Source: Candidatus Eiseniibacteriota bacterium | GTDB lineage: Bacteria; Eisenbacteria; RBG-16-71-46 | Assembly (NCBI GenBank): GCA_044223005.1 | Contig: JBGAML010000006.1 | Span: forward strand, 32,001 to 96,000 | Reading direction: 5' to 3' | DNA: 64,000 nucleotides | Part shown: one piece after another, positions 46,606-57,373 of the stretch | Position numbering within the stretch: the first letter of the stretch is position 1 | Layout: each line of letters begins with the position of its first letter | Translations under genes and position numbers: made by a program | The notes under the pieces: generated by a model | Database searches by the model: none | What the model was told of the DNA's origin: nothing | What the model saw: only the letters and a program-made list of their open reading frames with translations

Positions 46606-47859
46606 TCAAGGCGTCAGGTCCCGCCAGCTTCCCGGCACGAGCGCGAACTTGTCACTCGCGGCGCCCTGCGGACGGGGAAGGCAGCGAGCCTGGATGGCGT
46701 CGATCAGCGGGTTCATGACCGCCGCGTTGTACGCCATGTTGAAGTGCGGGTGCGCCGGGGGCGGGGAGGGATTGCTCTCCCAGGGGCCGGTCATCTCGAG
46801 GTTCCGGCAGTAGACCGACAGGTTGAACGCGAAGTTGTCGTTCTGGAGGTAGCCCTGGTCGGCGTCGAGGTCGATGTCGCCGTCGCTCGCGAGGATCATC
46901 GGGCAGGCGCCCGTCACCTGCATGCCGCCGCTGAAGGCGATGCCCTTGGGGTTTGCACCCTTGCGGTTGGCGACGAGGATCAGGCAGTCGTCGGCCTGGC
47001 CGCTGTGGTCCACGAAGAACTGGAGCGGGATGTTGGCCCCGTTCTGCAGCAGCCAGACGACGGTGCCCGTCACGTGCACGTTGAGTCGCTTGTTCTCGTT
47101 GAAGTCGAAGTTCGCGTCCGTTCCCGCCGGCGAGGTCACCGTGTAGAAGCTCGGGCTGCCGAGGGGCGCGGTGAGCGACAGGTTGTCCTCGGTGACCGTC
47201 GACGTCACGACGACGTTGGTGGCTTCCCCGAGATGATCGGTGATGAACTGGCCCGCGTCCGGCGGTGGGACCGGCTCCGTGCGCAGCGAACCGCTGGCCC
47301 ACGTCACCTGCGCGGCGCCCCAGTTGAGGCGGTTTCCCTGCAGCCAGATGTCCCCGTTCAGGATGATGGTGTTCTCCCGATCGTGTCCGCCGGCGTCCTT
47401 GATCGCCGTGATGTTCCCGCCGACGGTGAACAGCCGCTTGTAGAAGTTGTCCGTGCTCTGCGGCAGGTAGCGCGCGGTGACCGTACGCGACTCGGCGCCC
47501 TGGCCGGCGGTGACGCTGACGTAGACCGTGTCGGAGAAGCCGGTGCGCATCGTGCCCGTCGAGACCAGGTTGTAGGGCGCGACGAGCGACCGCTGGGACG
47601 CGACCGCGGCCGTGACCCCGTCGACGCCCACGGCCTGCGCGGCGTTGTCGAGCGAGTCGTTCTTCGCGACCAGCGCGAGCACCATGGCGATGCCGCCCTG
47701 CGCACGGTAAAGCGCCGCGTTCTCGTCGTGCGTCTGCTGCAGGAAGACGGCCTCGTAGCTCGAGAGCCCGTAGAGCGTGATCCCGAGGATGGTGAGCGCC
47801 AGCACCAGCATCACCACGCCGACCAGCACGAAGCCCCGCTGCGGTGCGCGCGCGCTCAT
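46606..47859 (-). CDS. Large PilX-like minor pilin (417 aa)
   Basis: QRG|FVLVGVVML prepilin site lacking Glu5; ALYRAQGG. Confidence 0.75.
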   Translation of the reverse strand: MSARAPQRGFVLVGVVMLVLALTILGITLYGLSSYEAVFLQQTHDENAALYRAQGGIAMVLALVAKNDSLDNAAQAVGVDGVTAAVASQRSLVAPYNLVSTGTMRTGFSDTVYVSVTAGQGAESRTVTARYLPQSTDNFYKRLFTVGGNITAIKDAGGHDRENTIILNGDIWLQGNRLNWGAAQVTWASGSLRTEPVPPPDAGQFITDHLGEATNVVVTSTVTEDNLSLTAPLGSPSFYTVTSPAGTDANFDFNENKRLNVHVTGTVVWLLQNGANIPLQFFVDHSGQADDCLILVANRKGANPKGIAFSGGMQVTGACPMILASDGDIDLDADQGYLQNDNFAFNLSVYCRNLEMTGPWESNPSPPPAHPHFNMAYNAAVMNPLIDAIQARCLPRPQGAASDKFALVPGSWRDLTP

Positions 47860-48359
47860 GGCTTGCCGTTCATGAGGCGTGCGCTGGTGCCCATGGAGAC
47901 CAGTTCGCCCTGCGAGGTCCGCAGCAGCAGCTGGCGCACGAACACCATCTGCGCATCCACCGCGCCGACGCGGAACCGGATCACCGGGCTCACGGTCATC
48001 GCGCCGCGGTCCTCGCCGACGTTGCGGTAGCCCTCGTGCAGCGAGCTGTCCGCGGCCCACCAGTAGGAGTAGGTGGACTCGGGCGGCGCGCCGAAGGGTG
48101 TGAGGTTCAGCTGGCAGTGGTCGGCGTCCGGTGTCTGGGCGACGGTCACGACCGCGGACCCGTGTGCACGGTGCCGGATCGACTCCAGCACCAGCGTCGC
48201 CTCGCGCTGCGTCATGGCCTGCGCCGAGCCGTCCATCCACGTCGCCTGCGAGTTCAGGTAGAAGGCGACGAGGCCGGTCATGACGAGCGTGGCGAGCACC
48301 ATCACGACCGTGACTTCGGTCAGGGTCAGGCCGCGTTCGGGGTTCCGGGCGCCGTTCAT
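47856..48359 (-). CDS. PilW-like minor pilin
   Basis: ERG|LTLTEVTVVM. Confidence 0.78.
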   Translation of the reverse strand: MNGARNPERGLTLTEVTVVMVLATLVMTGLVAFYLNSQATWMDGSAQAMTQREATLVLESIRHRAHGSAVVTVAQTPDADHCQLNLTPFGAPPESTYSYWWAADSSLHEGYRNVGEDRGAMTVSPVIRFRVGAVDAQMVFVRQLLLRTSQGELVSMGTSARLMNGKP

Positions 48360-48793
48360 GGTTTCGCGAAGAGTCTCCGGTACTGGAGCGAATCGTTGAG
48401 GCCGCCCAGCGACCAGTTCGCCGTGACGGTCACGTTCACCAGGTCGTCCTTCACCGGGTTCGCCGGGTCCGGAGCGCTGACCACCCAGTTTACCGTGCCG
48501 ATGGCGACGCCGTTGTAGACGAGCGGGATCGCCGGGTTCGGGCGCGGGCCGCCGAGCGTGAGGTCGGTGCCCGCGAGCGAGAGCGAGTCCATCGCCCCGG
48601 CGGCCAGCCCGTCGGCGATGCGGGCGGCCTCGTAGCGGTTGATGAAGCCGCGCCCGAGCCCGAACGAATACGCCAGGCCCAGCACCGCGATCACCGAGAT
48701 CACGGTGGCGACGATCGCCTCCATCAGCGAAAACCCAGACTCCGCGGCGCGTGCTGCGGCGCGCGCGTGAGCCTGGGTCTGCCCGCCGTTCAT
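48356..48793 (-). CDS. PilV-like minor pilin
   Basis: SG|FSLMEAIVA; C-terminal VTVTANW. Confidence 0.78.
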   Translation of the reverse strand: MNGGQTQAHARAAARAAESGFSLMEAIVATVISVIAVLGLAYSFGLGRGFINRYEAARIADGLAAGAMDSLSLAGTDLTLGGPRPNPAIPLVYNGVAIGTVNWVVSAPDPANPVKDDLVNVTVTANWSLGGLNDSLQYRRLFAKP

Positions 48794-48810
48794 CAGGACG
48801 TCGCGTTCGA

Positions 48811-49203
48811 TCAGAACGGAGCCCAGGGATCGCCGCCCGCGCTCGGCGGATACGTGTAGTACACGTTGCGTCCCGAGGTGGGCTGCCCCGACTTGCCGGC
48901 CGCCACCACCTTGAAGCCCGTCGCCGTCGCGTCGGACAGCGTGAAGCCCCAGTTGATCTGCGCCTCGGTGAGGTCGACGTTGAGGTTCGCGAGCTGGTCC
49001 GTGTACGCGCCGTGGACCTGCTTGTACGTCTGCTCGGCCGTCACGATCGCGCCGATCGCGCCCTTCGCCTCGGTGTCGCGGGCGTCGTTGACGTAGTTGA
49101 TGTAGAGCGGCACCGCCACGGCGGCGAGGATCGCGACGATCACGATCACCACCATGAGTTCCATGAGCGTGAAGCCGCGCTGCAAGTTGCGGAATCGCTG
49201 CAT
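48811..49203 (-). CDS. Type IVa pilin (PilA/PilE-like)
   Basis: QRG|FTLMELMVVIVIVAILAAVAVPLY; strong GAGGAGG RBS before ATG 49203. Confidence 0.9.
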   Translation of the reverse strand: MQRFRNLQRGFTLMELMVVIVIVAILAAVAVPLYINYVNDARDTEAKGAIGAIVTAEQTYKQVHGAYTDQLANLNVDLTEAQINWGFTLSDATATGFKVVAAGKSGQPTSGRNVYYTYPPSAGGDPWAPF

Positions 49204-49295
49204 CCGAACCTCCTCGTCAAACGTGCTGCGTGGACGCCGGCCCCAACGAGCCACTTCTGCCGTGGCGCGGGTGTCCGACCGGGGATGGACTTCTG

Positions 49296-50579
49296 TCAGT
49301 GACCGACCAAACCGGAGCGCATCGCCTGGCCGAGCTTGAAGATCGGCAGGTACAACGAGATCAACATGACGCCGATGACCGCGCCCAGCACCACGATGGC
49401 GATCGGTTCGACGAGCGACGAGAGGCCGTCGACCTTCGCCGTCACGCGCTGCTCGTAGAAATCCGCGGTGCGCGTCAGCATCTGGTCGAGCTTGCCCGTC
49501 TCTTCGCCCGTCGCGGTCATCTGGACGAGCATGTCCGGGAACACCCCGACGTCGCTCATGGCCCGCGAGAGCGAGATGCCCTCCTCGACCTGCGAGCGGA
49601 CGTCGTCGATGCCCCGTTCCAGCACCTTGTTCCCCGGCACCGGGCGCATGACCTTGAGCGCGCCCAGGATCTGGGTGCCGCTGGCGGTCAGGATGCCCAG
49701 GGTCCGGGCGAACTTGCTAATAGCATACATGCCGATGAGCGGCCCGAAGATGGGCAAATTCAATTTCAGCCGATCCATGAAGAAGCGCCCGCGATCGCTT
49801 GCGGCCCAAGTGGTTACGGCGAACCACCCGAGGATGCCCAAGGCCAGGACCAGGGGGATGTTGGCCGTCGCAGCGTGGCTGACGGCCAGCAGGATGCGGG
49901 TCGGCAGGGGGAGCTCGACCTTGAACCGGGCATAGATGGCCGAGAACATCGGCACGATCTTGAACAGCATCGCGAGGAACACGAGCACGGCGAAGGTCAG
50001 CACGAAGATGGGGTAGCGGAGCGCCGCCTCGACCTTGAGCCGCAACGTTTCGGCGCGTTCGAGGTAGCTCGCGGTGTGGTCCATGACCTGGTCCAGGGTG
50101 CCGCTCACCTCGCCGGTCTGGACGAGGCTCACAAACACCTCGTCGAACACGTGCGGGTGGCGCGCGAGCGCCGCCCCGAGCGAGTCGCCCTTCTGCACGT
50201 CGTCGCCCACGCGCTCGAGCACGACCGCGAGCTTGGCGTCGTGGTGGTCGCGCGCGATGGAGCGCAGCGAGCGCACCATGGGCAGCCCCGCCGAGATCAT
50301 GGTCGACAGCTGGCGCGCGAAGAGCGCCACCGAGCCCGGCTGCACACCGCCGCGGACGCGCTGTACGCCGGCGCCCAGCTGCGCCGCGAGGCGCGCGAGG
50401 AGGCCGGTACCGGCGGCCTCGGCGGCGGTGCCGCCGCTGCCACCGCGCACCTCGATGAACACGGGAGTCAACTGCTGGCCCGCGAGCAGGCGCAGGACCT
50501 CGTCCTCGCTCTGCGCGACCTCGATGCCCTCGTGGGCACGGCCGCTCGCGTCGCGGGCGCGGTAGTAGAAGTTCGGCAT
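49296..50579 (-). CDS. pilC: Pilus platform protein PilC (GspF family)
   Basis: FARQLSTMISAGLP, GEVSGTL, GEETGKLDQML, EP...LYLPIF. Confidence 0.93.
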   Translation of the reverse strand: MPNFYYRARDASGRAHEGIEVAQSEDEVLRLLAGQQLTPVFIEVRGGSGGTAAEAAGTGLLARLAAQLGAGVQRVRGGVQPGSVALFARQLSTMISAGLPMVRSLRSIARDHHDAKLAVVLERVGDDVQKGDSLGAALARHPHVFDEVFVSLVQTGEVSGTLDQVMDHTASYLERAETLRLKVEAALRYPIFVLTFAVLVFLAMLFKIVPMFSAIYARFKVELPLPTRILLAVSHAATANIPLVLALGILGWFAVTTWAASDRGRFFMDRLKLNLPIFGPLIGMYAISKFARTLGILTASGTQILGALKVMRPVPGNKVLERGIDDVRSQVEEGISLSRAMSDVGVFPDMLVQMTATGEETGKLDQMLTRTADFYEQRVTAKVDGLSSLVEPIAIVVLGAVIGVMLISLYLPIFKLGQAMRSGLVGH

Positions 50580-52302
50580 CAGTCGGAATCCCCGAGGGTG
50601 GCCGCGCGCACTTCGTCGATCGTGGTGACGCCGTCGATGATCTTCTGGATGCCCGCCTTGCGCAGCGTCACGAAGCCCGACTTGAGCGCGCCCTTGCGGA
50701 TCTCGTCCTCGTTCTGGCCGTCGAGCACCATGCGGCGGATGTTGCGGTTGAGCTCGAGCACCTCGAACAGCGCGGTGCGGCCCATGTAGCCGGTCTGCTT
50801 GCAGTGCATGCAGCCGCGGCCGCGCACGAGCGGGCGCGAGCGCAGCGCGTCGCCGTCGTCGCCGAGCGAGGCGAGCAGCTCGGGCTCGGGCTGGAACGCT
50901 TCCTTGCAGCGGTCGCAGATGCGGCGCACGAGGCGCTGCGCCATGACCATGCTCATGGCCGAGCCCACGAGGTAGCGCGGGATGCCCATGTCGATCAGTC
51001 GCGTGAGCGTTCCGGGCGCGTCGTTGGCGTGCACGGTGGAGAAGACGAGGTGGCCCGTGAGCGCCGACTTGACCGCGATGTCCGCGGTCTCGGTGTCGCG
51101 GATCTCACCGATCATGACCACGTCGGGGTCCTGGCGCAGGATCGAGCGCAGGGCGCGGGCGAACGTGAGCCCGACCTTGGCGTTCGCGTGCACCTGGCTC
51201 ACCGCGTCGATGTGGTACTCGATCGGGTCCTCGACCGTGACGAGGTTGCGGTGGACGCTGCGGATGTCCTGCAGCGCCGAGTAGAGCGTCGTGGTCTTGC
51301 CGCTGCCGGTGGGCCCCGAGATGAGGATCATCCCGTAGGGCTGGCGGATCACGCGCTGGAACGCGGTGAGCGTGTCGCCCTCGAGCCCGAGGTGCGAGAT
51401 CTGCCGCTCGAACGCGCTCTTGTCGAAGAGACGCATCACGACCTTCTCGCCCTGCGAGGTCGGCAGCGTCGAGACGCGCAGGTCCACCTCGCGGTCGGGC
51501 AGGTGCACGGTGAGCCGGCCGTCCTGCGGCAGCAGCCGCACGGCGATGTCGAGGTCGGCGAGCACCTTGATGCGCGAGACGATCGCCATCTGCATGTTCT
51601 TGGGTGGCTTCATCACCTCGTGCAGCACGCCGTCGATGCGGAAGCGCACCGTGACGCGGTCGCGCATGGGCTCGACGTGGATGTCGCTCGCGCGCTGGTC
51701 GATGGCCTCGGCGATCATCAGGTTGACGAGCCGTACGACCGGCGCGTCCTCGACCTGCTGGCGCAGGGCGGCGAGGTCGACTTCCTCGCCCTCCTCGTCC
51801 GCGGCGGAGACGTCGACCTTGTCGAGGATCGCGCCGAGGTGCTCGCTGGCGCGCAGCTCGGAGTAGAAGCCGTCGATCGCCTCGCGCACCTCGGTCGGGC
51901 GCCCGATCCACACCTTGAGCTGCAGCCCGGTCAGGGCGCGCAGGTGGTCGAGCGAGATGACGTTGAGCGGGTCGCCGACCGCGACCTCGAGCGTGTCGGC
52001 GGTGCGGGCGAGCGCCAGCACCTGCGCTTCGCGCGCGAGCGACTCGGGAATCAGCTGCACCACCGAGCGGTCTGCGTGCGCCAGCTGTTCGGCGTCCGCG
52101 ACCGGAAGCGAGAACTGCTCGCCGAGCACGGCGACGACGTCGGCCTCGCTCATGAGCCCGAGCCGCACGACCGTCTGGCCCAGGCGCTCCCGCGCGTCCT
52201 CGCGCGCGGCCAGCGCCTGCTGCACCTGGTCGGGCGTCAGCTTGCCGCGCTCGATCAGGATCTCGCCGAGACGGCGCGTCGACAGCCGGTACGAGGTCGG
52301 CA

Positions 52303-52303
<1 letters not shown>
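50579..52303 (-). CDS. pilB: Pilus extension ATPase PilB (GspE family)
   Basis: RLGEILIERG N-terminus, ASDIHVEP, GPTGSGKTT, VEDPIE, GEIRD, TGHLVFSTVH, CxxC..CxxC. Confidence 0.95.
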
Positions 52304-53412
<1,109 letters not shown>

Positions 53413-54038
53413 GGGTGCGTCGATTCTCGACCTCGCCGCGCGCGCCGTGAGAGGGCCGGGGCAGGGCCGATCTCGATCGGTGCGCGATGAAAGGTGTCGT
53501 CAGCCGCCAGGAAGGTCCTGCCGGGAGGGCGGCCCGTTTCGGGGACGAAACGCGAAAAATGCGCTCGCAAGGGGCTCCGGTGTCTTCCGAAGATGCGTTC
53601 GCAAAGCATAGGGAAAGCGTCGCCTCGACGTCAACGACCTCGCGATGCGCGAGTCGTCACCAAAAATCGTGTGGAACTCCCGGGAGTGCGATCGGGTAGG
53701 AGCGGGTGCGGACCGCGATTTTCGCGGTCGAAATCGATGTTTTCGCTGGACGCGACGCGACGCGTCTGGCATCTTCCGCCTCAGGTCCGGTCATACCCCT
53801 ATGTGACCGGTCGCCCAGGGACGGGCTCTCTCTCCGGAGCTCCCCCGGGGTATCGACATGCGACAGGGAAGGTCGCCCTGGCGTTGCAGGACGCCGGACG
53901 GAATTGCAGGTCCCCGCCCGGCGCATTGGCCAGATCCCCACGACGCACGTTCAGCGATGCTTGACGCTGCTGGCGGATGCCCTTGCATTTCCGGCACTTC
54001 ACGCGAAGTCGATGTGCGGCAGGCCTGTAGCCACATAG

Positions 54039-54054
54039 GGGCATGTTTCGTGCT
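54039..54054 (+). promoter_or_regulatory. Sigma54-like promoter for the first FN3/PorV unit
   Basis: GGGCATG-TTTC-GTGCT. Confidence 0.5.
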
Positions 54055-54222
54055 GGAGCGCCCGCGGTTCCGGACGTCGCAGTGGCTGCGACACGCCGAC
54101 CCAGGGAGCTCATCGGCATGGGGCTGACACCCCGCTGATCGCACTCTGCATCTCTGCATGGCTCGCGCGACAGGTCGTTTCCCGACTCAAGGACGGGGAC
54201 GACTGGGGTGGAGGCAACGCGG

Positions 54223-55041
54223 ATGAAGCGTTGGGCAGGTTTCTATTTCGTGCTGGGGATCATGGCCGTGCTCGTCACGGTCGCTGTGCGGCAGGCGAGC
54301 GCACAGCAGTCCTACAACAGTGTGACCCTGACATGGACGACGCCAGGGGATGACAGCTTGAGCGGAACGGCCACGCAGTTCGACATCCGGTATTCCACCG
54401 CGGCGATCACGGCGGCGAACTTCGCCTCCGCGACGCGCTGGACGACCGGCGTTCCCGCGCCGGCGGCTCCTGGGACCTCCCAGAACGTCACCGTGACCGG
54501 GCTGCAGCCGTCCACGACCTATTGGTTCGCGATCAAGACCGGCGACGAAGTGCCGAACTGGGCGCTGATCTCCAACGTGGTCTCCAAGACCACGACGGCG
54601 GCGCCCGACCAGGTGCGGCCCGCCCCGATCGCGATGACGATCACCGGCCAGACCGACTCCACCGTGACGCTGCAGTGGACGGCGGTCGGCGACGACAGCC
54701 TGACCGGCACGGCGACCAGCTACGACGTGCGCTACTCGACCACCGCGATCACGTCCGCGAACTACGCGAGCGCGACGCAGGCGAGCAGCGAGCCCACGCC
54801 GGCGGCCCCGGGGACCGTGCAGACCATGACCGTCCGCGGACTCTCGCGGCAGGTCACGTACTACTTCGCGATCAAGGCCGCGGATGAATCCGGAAACGTG
54901 TCCGCGCTCTCCAACGTGCCGTCGGTCACGACGCCGGACACGGTGCCGCCCGCGGCGATCACCAATCTGACGCTCGGACTGGTGGTCATGAACTTCTCGA
55001 CGTCTGCGGTGATGCCACCGCGGAGGTGGAATGGCAGGTAG
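54223..55041 (+). CDS. Secreted protein with two FN3-like repeats, no CTD
   Basis: Signal peptide MKRWAGF...ASA; two W[TP/AV]GDDSLxGTAxxxDxRYST..IT.ANxASAT units; GGAGG before ATG 54223. Confidence 0.85.
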   Translation: MKRWAGFYFVLGIMAVLVTVAVRQASAQQSYNSVTLTWTTPGDDSLSGTATQFDIRYSTAAITAANFASATRWTTGVPAPAAPGTSQNVTVTGLQPSTTYWFAIKTGDEVPNWALISNVVSKTTTAAPDQVRPAPIAMTITGQTDSTVTLQWTAVGDDSLTGTATSYDVRYSTTAITSANYASATQASSEPTPAAPGTVQTMTVRGLSRQVTYYFAIKAADESGNVSALSNVPSVTTPDTVPPAAITNLTLGLVVMNFSTSAVMPPRRWNGR

Positions 55042-55047
55042 GGAAGC

Positions 55048-56061
55048 ATGAGGGGGGAGCGCATCCGCGGAAGAAGCCCACGGTCGCGCTCTAGGTTCGC
55101 CAGGGAGGGCACGGTCGTATTCGTCCTCCTTGCCGCCCTGCTGTGGCTGGCGCCCGCGCTCGCGCGGGCGCAGTCTCCCGACACGCTCGTACTGCGCTGG
55201 ACCGCGCCCGCCGATCCCGGCGTCGGCGCGGTCTCGCGTTACGACGTGCGCATGTCCACCTCGCCTATCTCCGCCGGTAACTTCGCGTCGGCGACGCAGG
55301 TGCCCTCGGCCACCCCGAGTGCGCCCGGGACCACGGAGAAGCTCGTGGTTCGCAACCTCGGGCCCGGCGTGAGCTACTGGTTCGCGGTCAAGTCGGTCGA
55401 TGCATCCGGCAACTGGTCGCCCATTTCCAACGTGCTGCGCTGGGACGGCGCGCTCGACACCACGCCGCCGGGAACGCCCACCGGCTTCACCGCGGCGGTC
55501 GATCCCTCGGGCGCCAGCGTCGCGCTGCACTGGAACCTCGGCTCGGAGCCGGACCTGCAGGGCTACCAGATCTGGCGCTCCGACGACGCGGCGGGCCTGG
55601 TCTGGGTGCGCGTCGGTGCGGCAGTTCCCGGCCCGGACTACACTGATACGCAGCTGCCGGGCGGCGTCGCCAAGTTCCGCTACGCGCTGAGCGCGGTCGA
55701 CCGCTCCGGCAACTGGAGCGCGCGCACGGCGGCCGTGCTGGTGTCGCTGCCGACGTCGACGCTCTCGCGCGCGACGATCTGGCACCTCGGCGCGCCCTAC
55801 CCGAATCCCGCGCGCACCGGCGAACTGATGCACCTCCCGCTCGACGTGCCCGCGAACGCGGTGCCCGCGCGCATCGAGATCCTCGACGGCGCGAACCACC
55901 TCGTGCGCCAGATCACGGTGCCGCCGGCGGTGCTCGGCGTCACGCGCGTCGATTGGGATGGCACGAACGCGAATGGCCAGCCCTGCGCCCCCGGCATGTA
56001 CCGCGCGTGGCTGATCGCCGGCGACCTGCGCCAGCTCGTGCGCATCGCGAGGATCCCGTGA
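55048..56061 (+). CDS. Secreted FN3-domain protein with C-terminal FlgD-Ig/T9SS-like domain
   Basis: LRWTAP..YDVRMST, EPDLQGYQIWR, AVDRSGNWS; tail YPNP...WDGTNANG..APGMY. Confidence 0.85.
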   Translation: MRGERIRGRSPRSRSRFAREGTVVFVLLAALLWLAPALARAQSPDTLVLRWTAPADPGVGAVSRYDVRMSTSPISAGNFASATQVPSATPSAPGTTEKLVVRNLGPGVSYWFAVKSVDASGNWSPISNVLRWDGALDTTPPGTPTGFTAAVDPSGASVALHWNLGSEPDLQGYQIWRSDDAAGLVWVRVGAAVPGPDYTDTQLPGGVAKFRYALSAVDRSGNWSARTAAVLVSLPTSTLSRATIWHLGAPYPNPARTGELMHLPLDVPANAVPARIEILDGANHLVRQITVPPAVLGVTRVDWDGTNANGQPCAPGMYRAWLIAGDLRQLVRIARIP

Positions 56062-57068
56062 CGGGCCGCCGCGTTCGCTTCCTGCTCGCGCTGCTCGCCG
56101 TGGCGTTCGCCGCGTCGCACGCACACGCGGCCGGCGAAGGCGCCGGCACGCGCGCGGCCGCGTTCCTGTCCTCGGGCTACACGCCCGCGCAGCTCTCGAT
56201 GGGTGGCGCCGGGCTCGCGCTGGGCAACGACGTGCAGGGCGCGACGCTCAATCCCGCGGCCCTGGGCGCGATCGGCGTGGGCGAGTACGCGCTCGCGCAC
56301 GCGAGCTTCCCGGACCAGACGTCGCAGGACTGGGCCGCTTGGGGCGGCCGGCTGGGCAAGGGGCCGGTGCGGCTCGGCCTGTCGGCGGTGCTGCGCGACG
56401 AGGGCACGATCGACGCGCGCGACGCCGCGGACCAGCCGCTCGGCGCGCAGGACGCCCGCGACTTCGCGCTCACGCTGCAGGTGGCGCGGCCCGTCGGTTC
56501 GCACCTCGTGCTCGGCGCCGCGACGCATGTCGTGAACCAGCGCGTCGCCACGGCGAGCGGCACGGGCTATACGTTCGACGCCGGCGCCCAGGTGCGGTTC
56601 GGGCTCGCGTCGTTCGCGCTCGCGGGCCGGAACTTCGGCGGCACCATGAACTGGAGCGGCCAGCGCTGGGCGTTCCCGGCGCTGTTCTCGACCGGTGTCG
56701 CGCTCGAGAGCCCCGGCCGCACGCTGCGCGCCGCGGTCGACTTGGAGCGTCCGGCGGACTACTTCCACAGCCTGCGCACGGGCGTCGAATGGCGCTGGCA
56801 CGACCGCTTCGCACTGCGCACGGGCTACCGCGCCGAGCAGCGCGCCGTCGAGAACGATCGCCTGAGCGGCCCCACGTTCGGCTTCGGCGCCGGCGCGGGG
56901 GCGCTCTGGATCGATTACGGCTACGTGGTCGGCGGCGACGGTGATACGACGCACCGCTTCGCGCTGACGCTGCACCGCCGCCCCGCGGCGGCCGAGAAGC
57001 GCGACGCCGCGCCCGCGGCCGGGCCCACGCCCGACCCGGCGCCGGCACCGATCGGCCCTTCTCGCTGA
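56058..57068 (+). CDS. PorV/PorQ-family (FadL-like) outer-membrane beta-barrel
   Basis: GTGA-coupled to the upstream gene; AAAFLS...LSMGGA...NPAAL, FDAG, LRTGY, GFG...IDYGY...THRFAL. Confidence 0.8.
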   Translation: MTGRRVRFLLALLAVAFAASHAHAAGEGAGTRAAAFLSSGYTPAQLSMGGAGLALGNDVQGATLNPAALGAIGVGEYALAHASFPDQTSQDWAAWGGRLGKGPVRLGLSAVLRDEGTIDARDAADQPLGAQDARDFALTLQVARPVGSHLVLGAATHVVNQRVATASGTGYTFDAGAQVRFGLASFALAGRNFGGTMNWSGQRWAFPALFSTGVALESPGRTLRAAVDLERPADYFHSLRTGVEWRWHDRFALRTGYRAEQRAVENDRLSGPTFGFGAGAGALWIDYGYVVGGDGDTTHRFALTLHRRPAAAEKRDAAPAAGPTPDPAPAPIGPSR

Positions 57069-57250
57069 CGCGCGCGCCGCGCCTGCGGCGCCCGCTCGCA
57101 GAACGCCCCTCCGCACGGTCGCGGATTGCGGAATGCGCGGCCTCGTGCGTTCGCGTCGCCGCAAGTGCCGAATGCGCACCGGCCGTCAGGTTTCCTTCCC
57201 GTCGCCACTTGCGGGGCATCGCGCTCACCGGCCACCCACCCGGAACGCGC

Positions 57251-57266
57251 AGGCACGCAAGCTGCT
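57251..57266 (+). promoter_or_regulatory. Sigma54-like promoter for the second FN3 gene
   Basis: AGGCACG-CAAG-CTGCT. Confidence 0.55.
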
Positions 57267-57373
57267 GACTCCGGCGCGGTCCGGGTCGGCGAGGTGCCGA
57301 AGGCCGGATCGGCAGGCCCCTCGGATGGACCGGCGCGCGACCACTCGCGCCCCGGAAGGCGGGAGAGACCCTC

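Noticed and set aside
49204..49295. Sigma54 promoter upstream of the pilin
   Set aside because: Only a bare GG-N10-GC (CGGCGTCCACGCAGC), which is expected by chance at this GC content
53413..54207. Short ORFs or a c-di-GMP riboswitch in the divergent intergenic region
   Set aside because: ORFs lack host codon bias and homology cues; I could not match a GEMM consensus by eye, so a covariance search is needed
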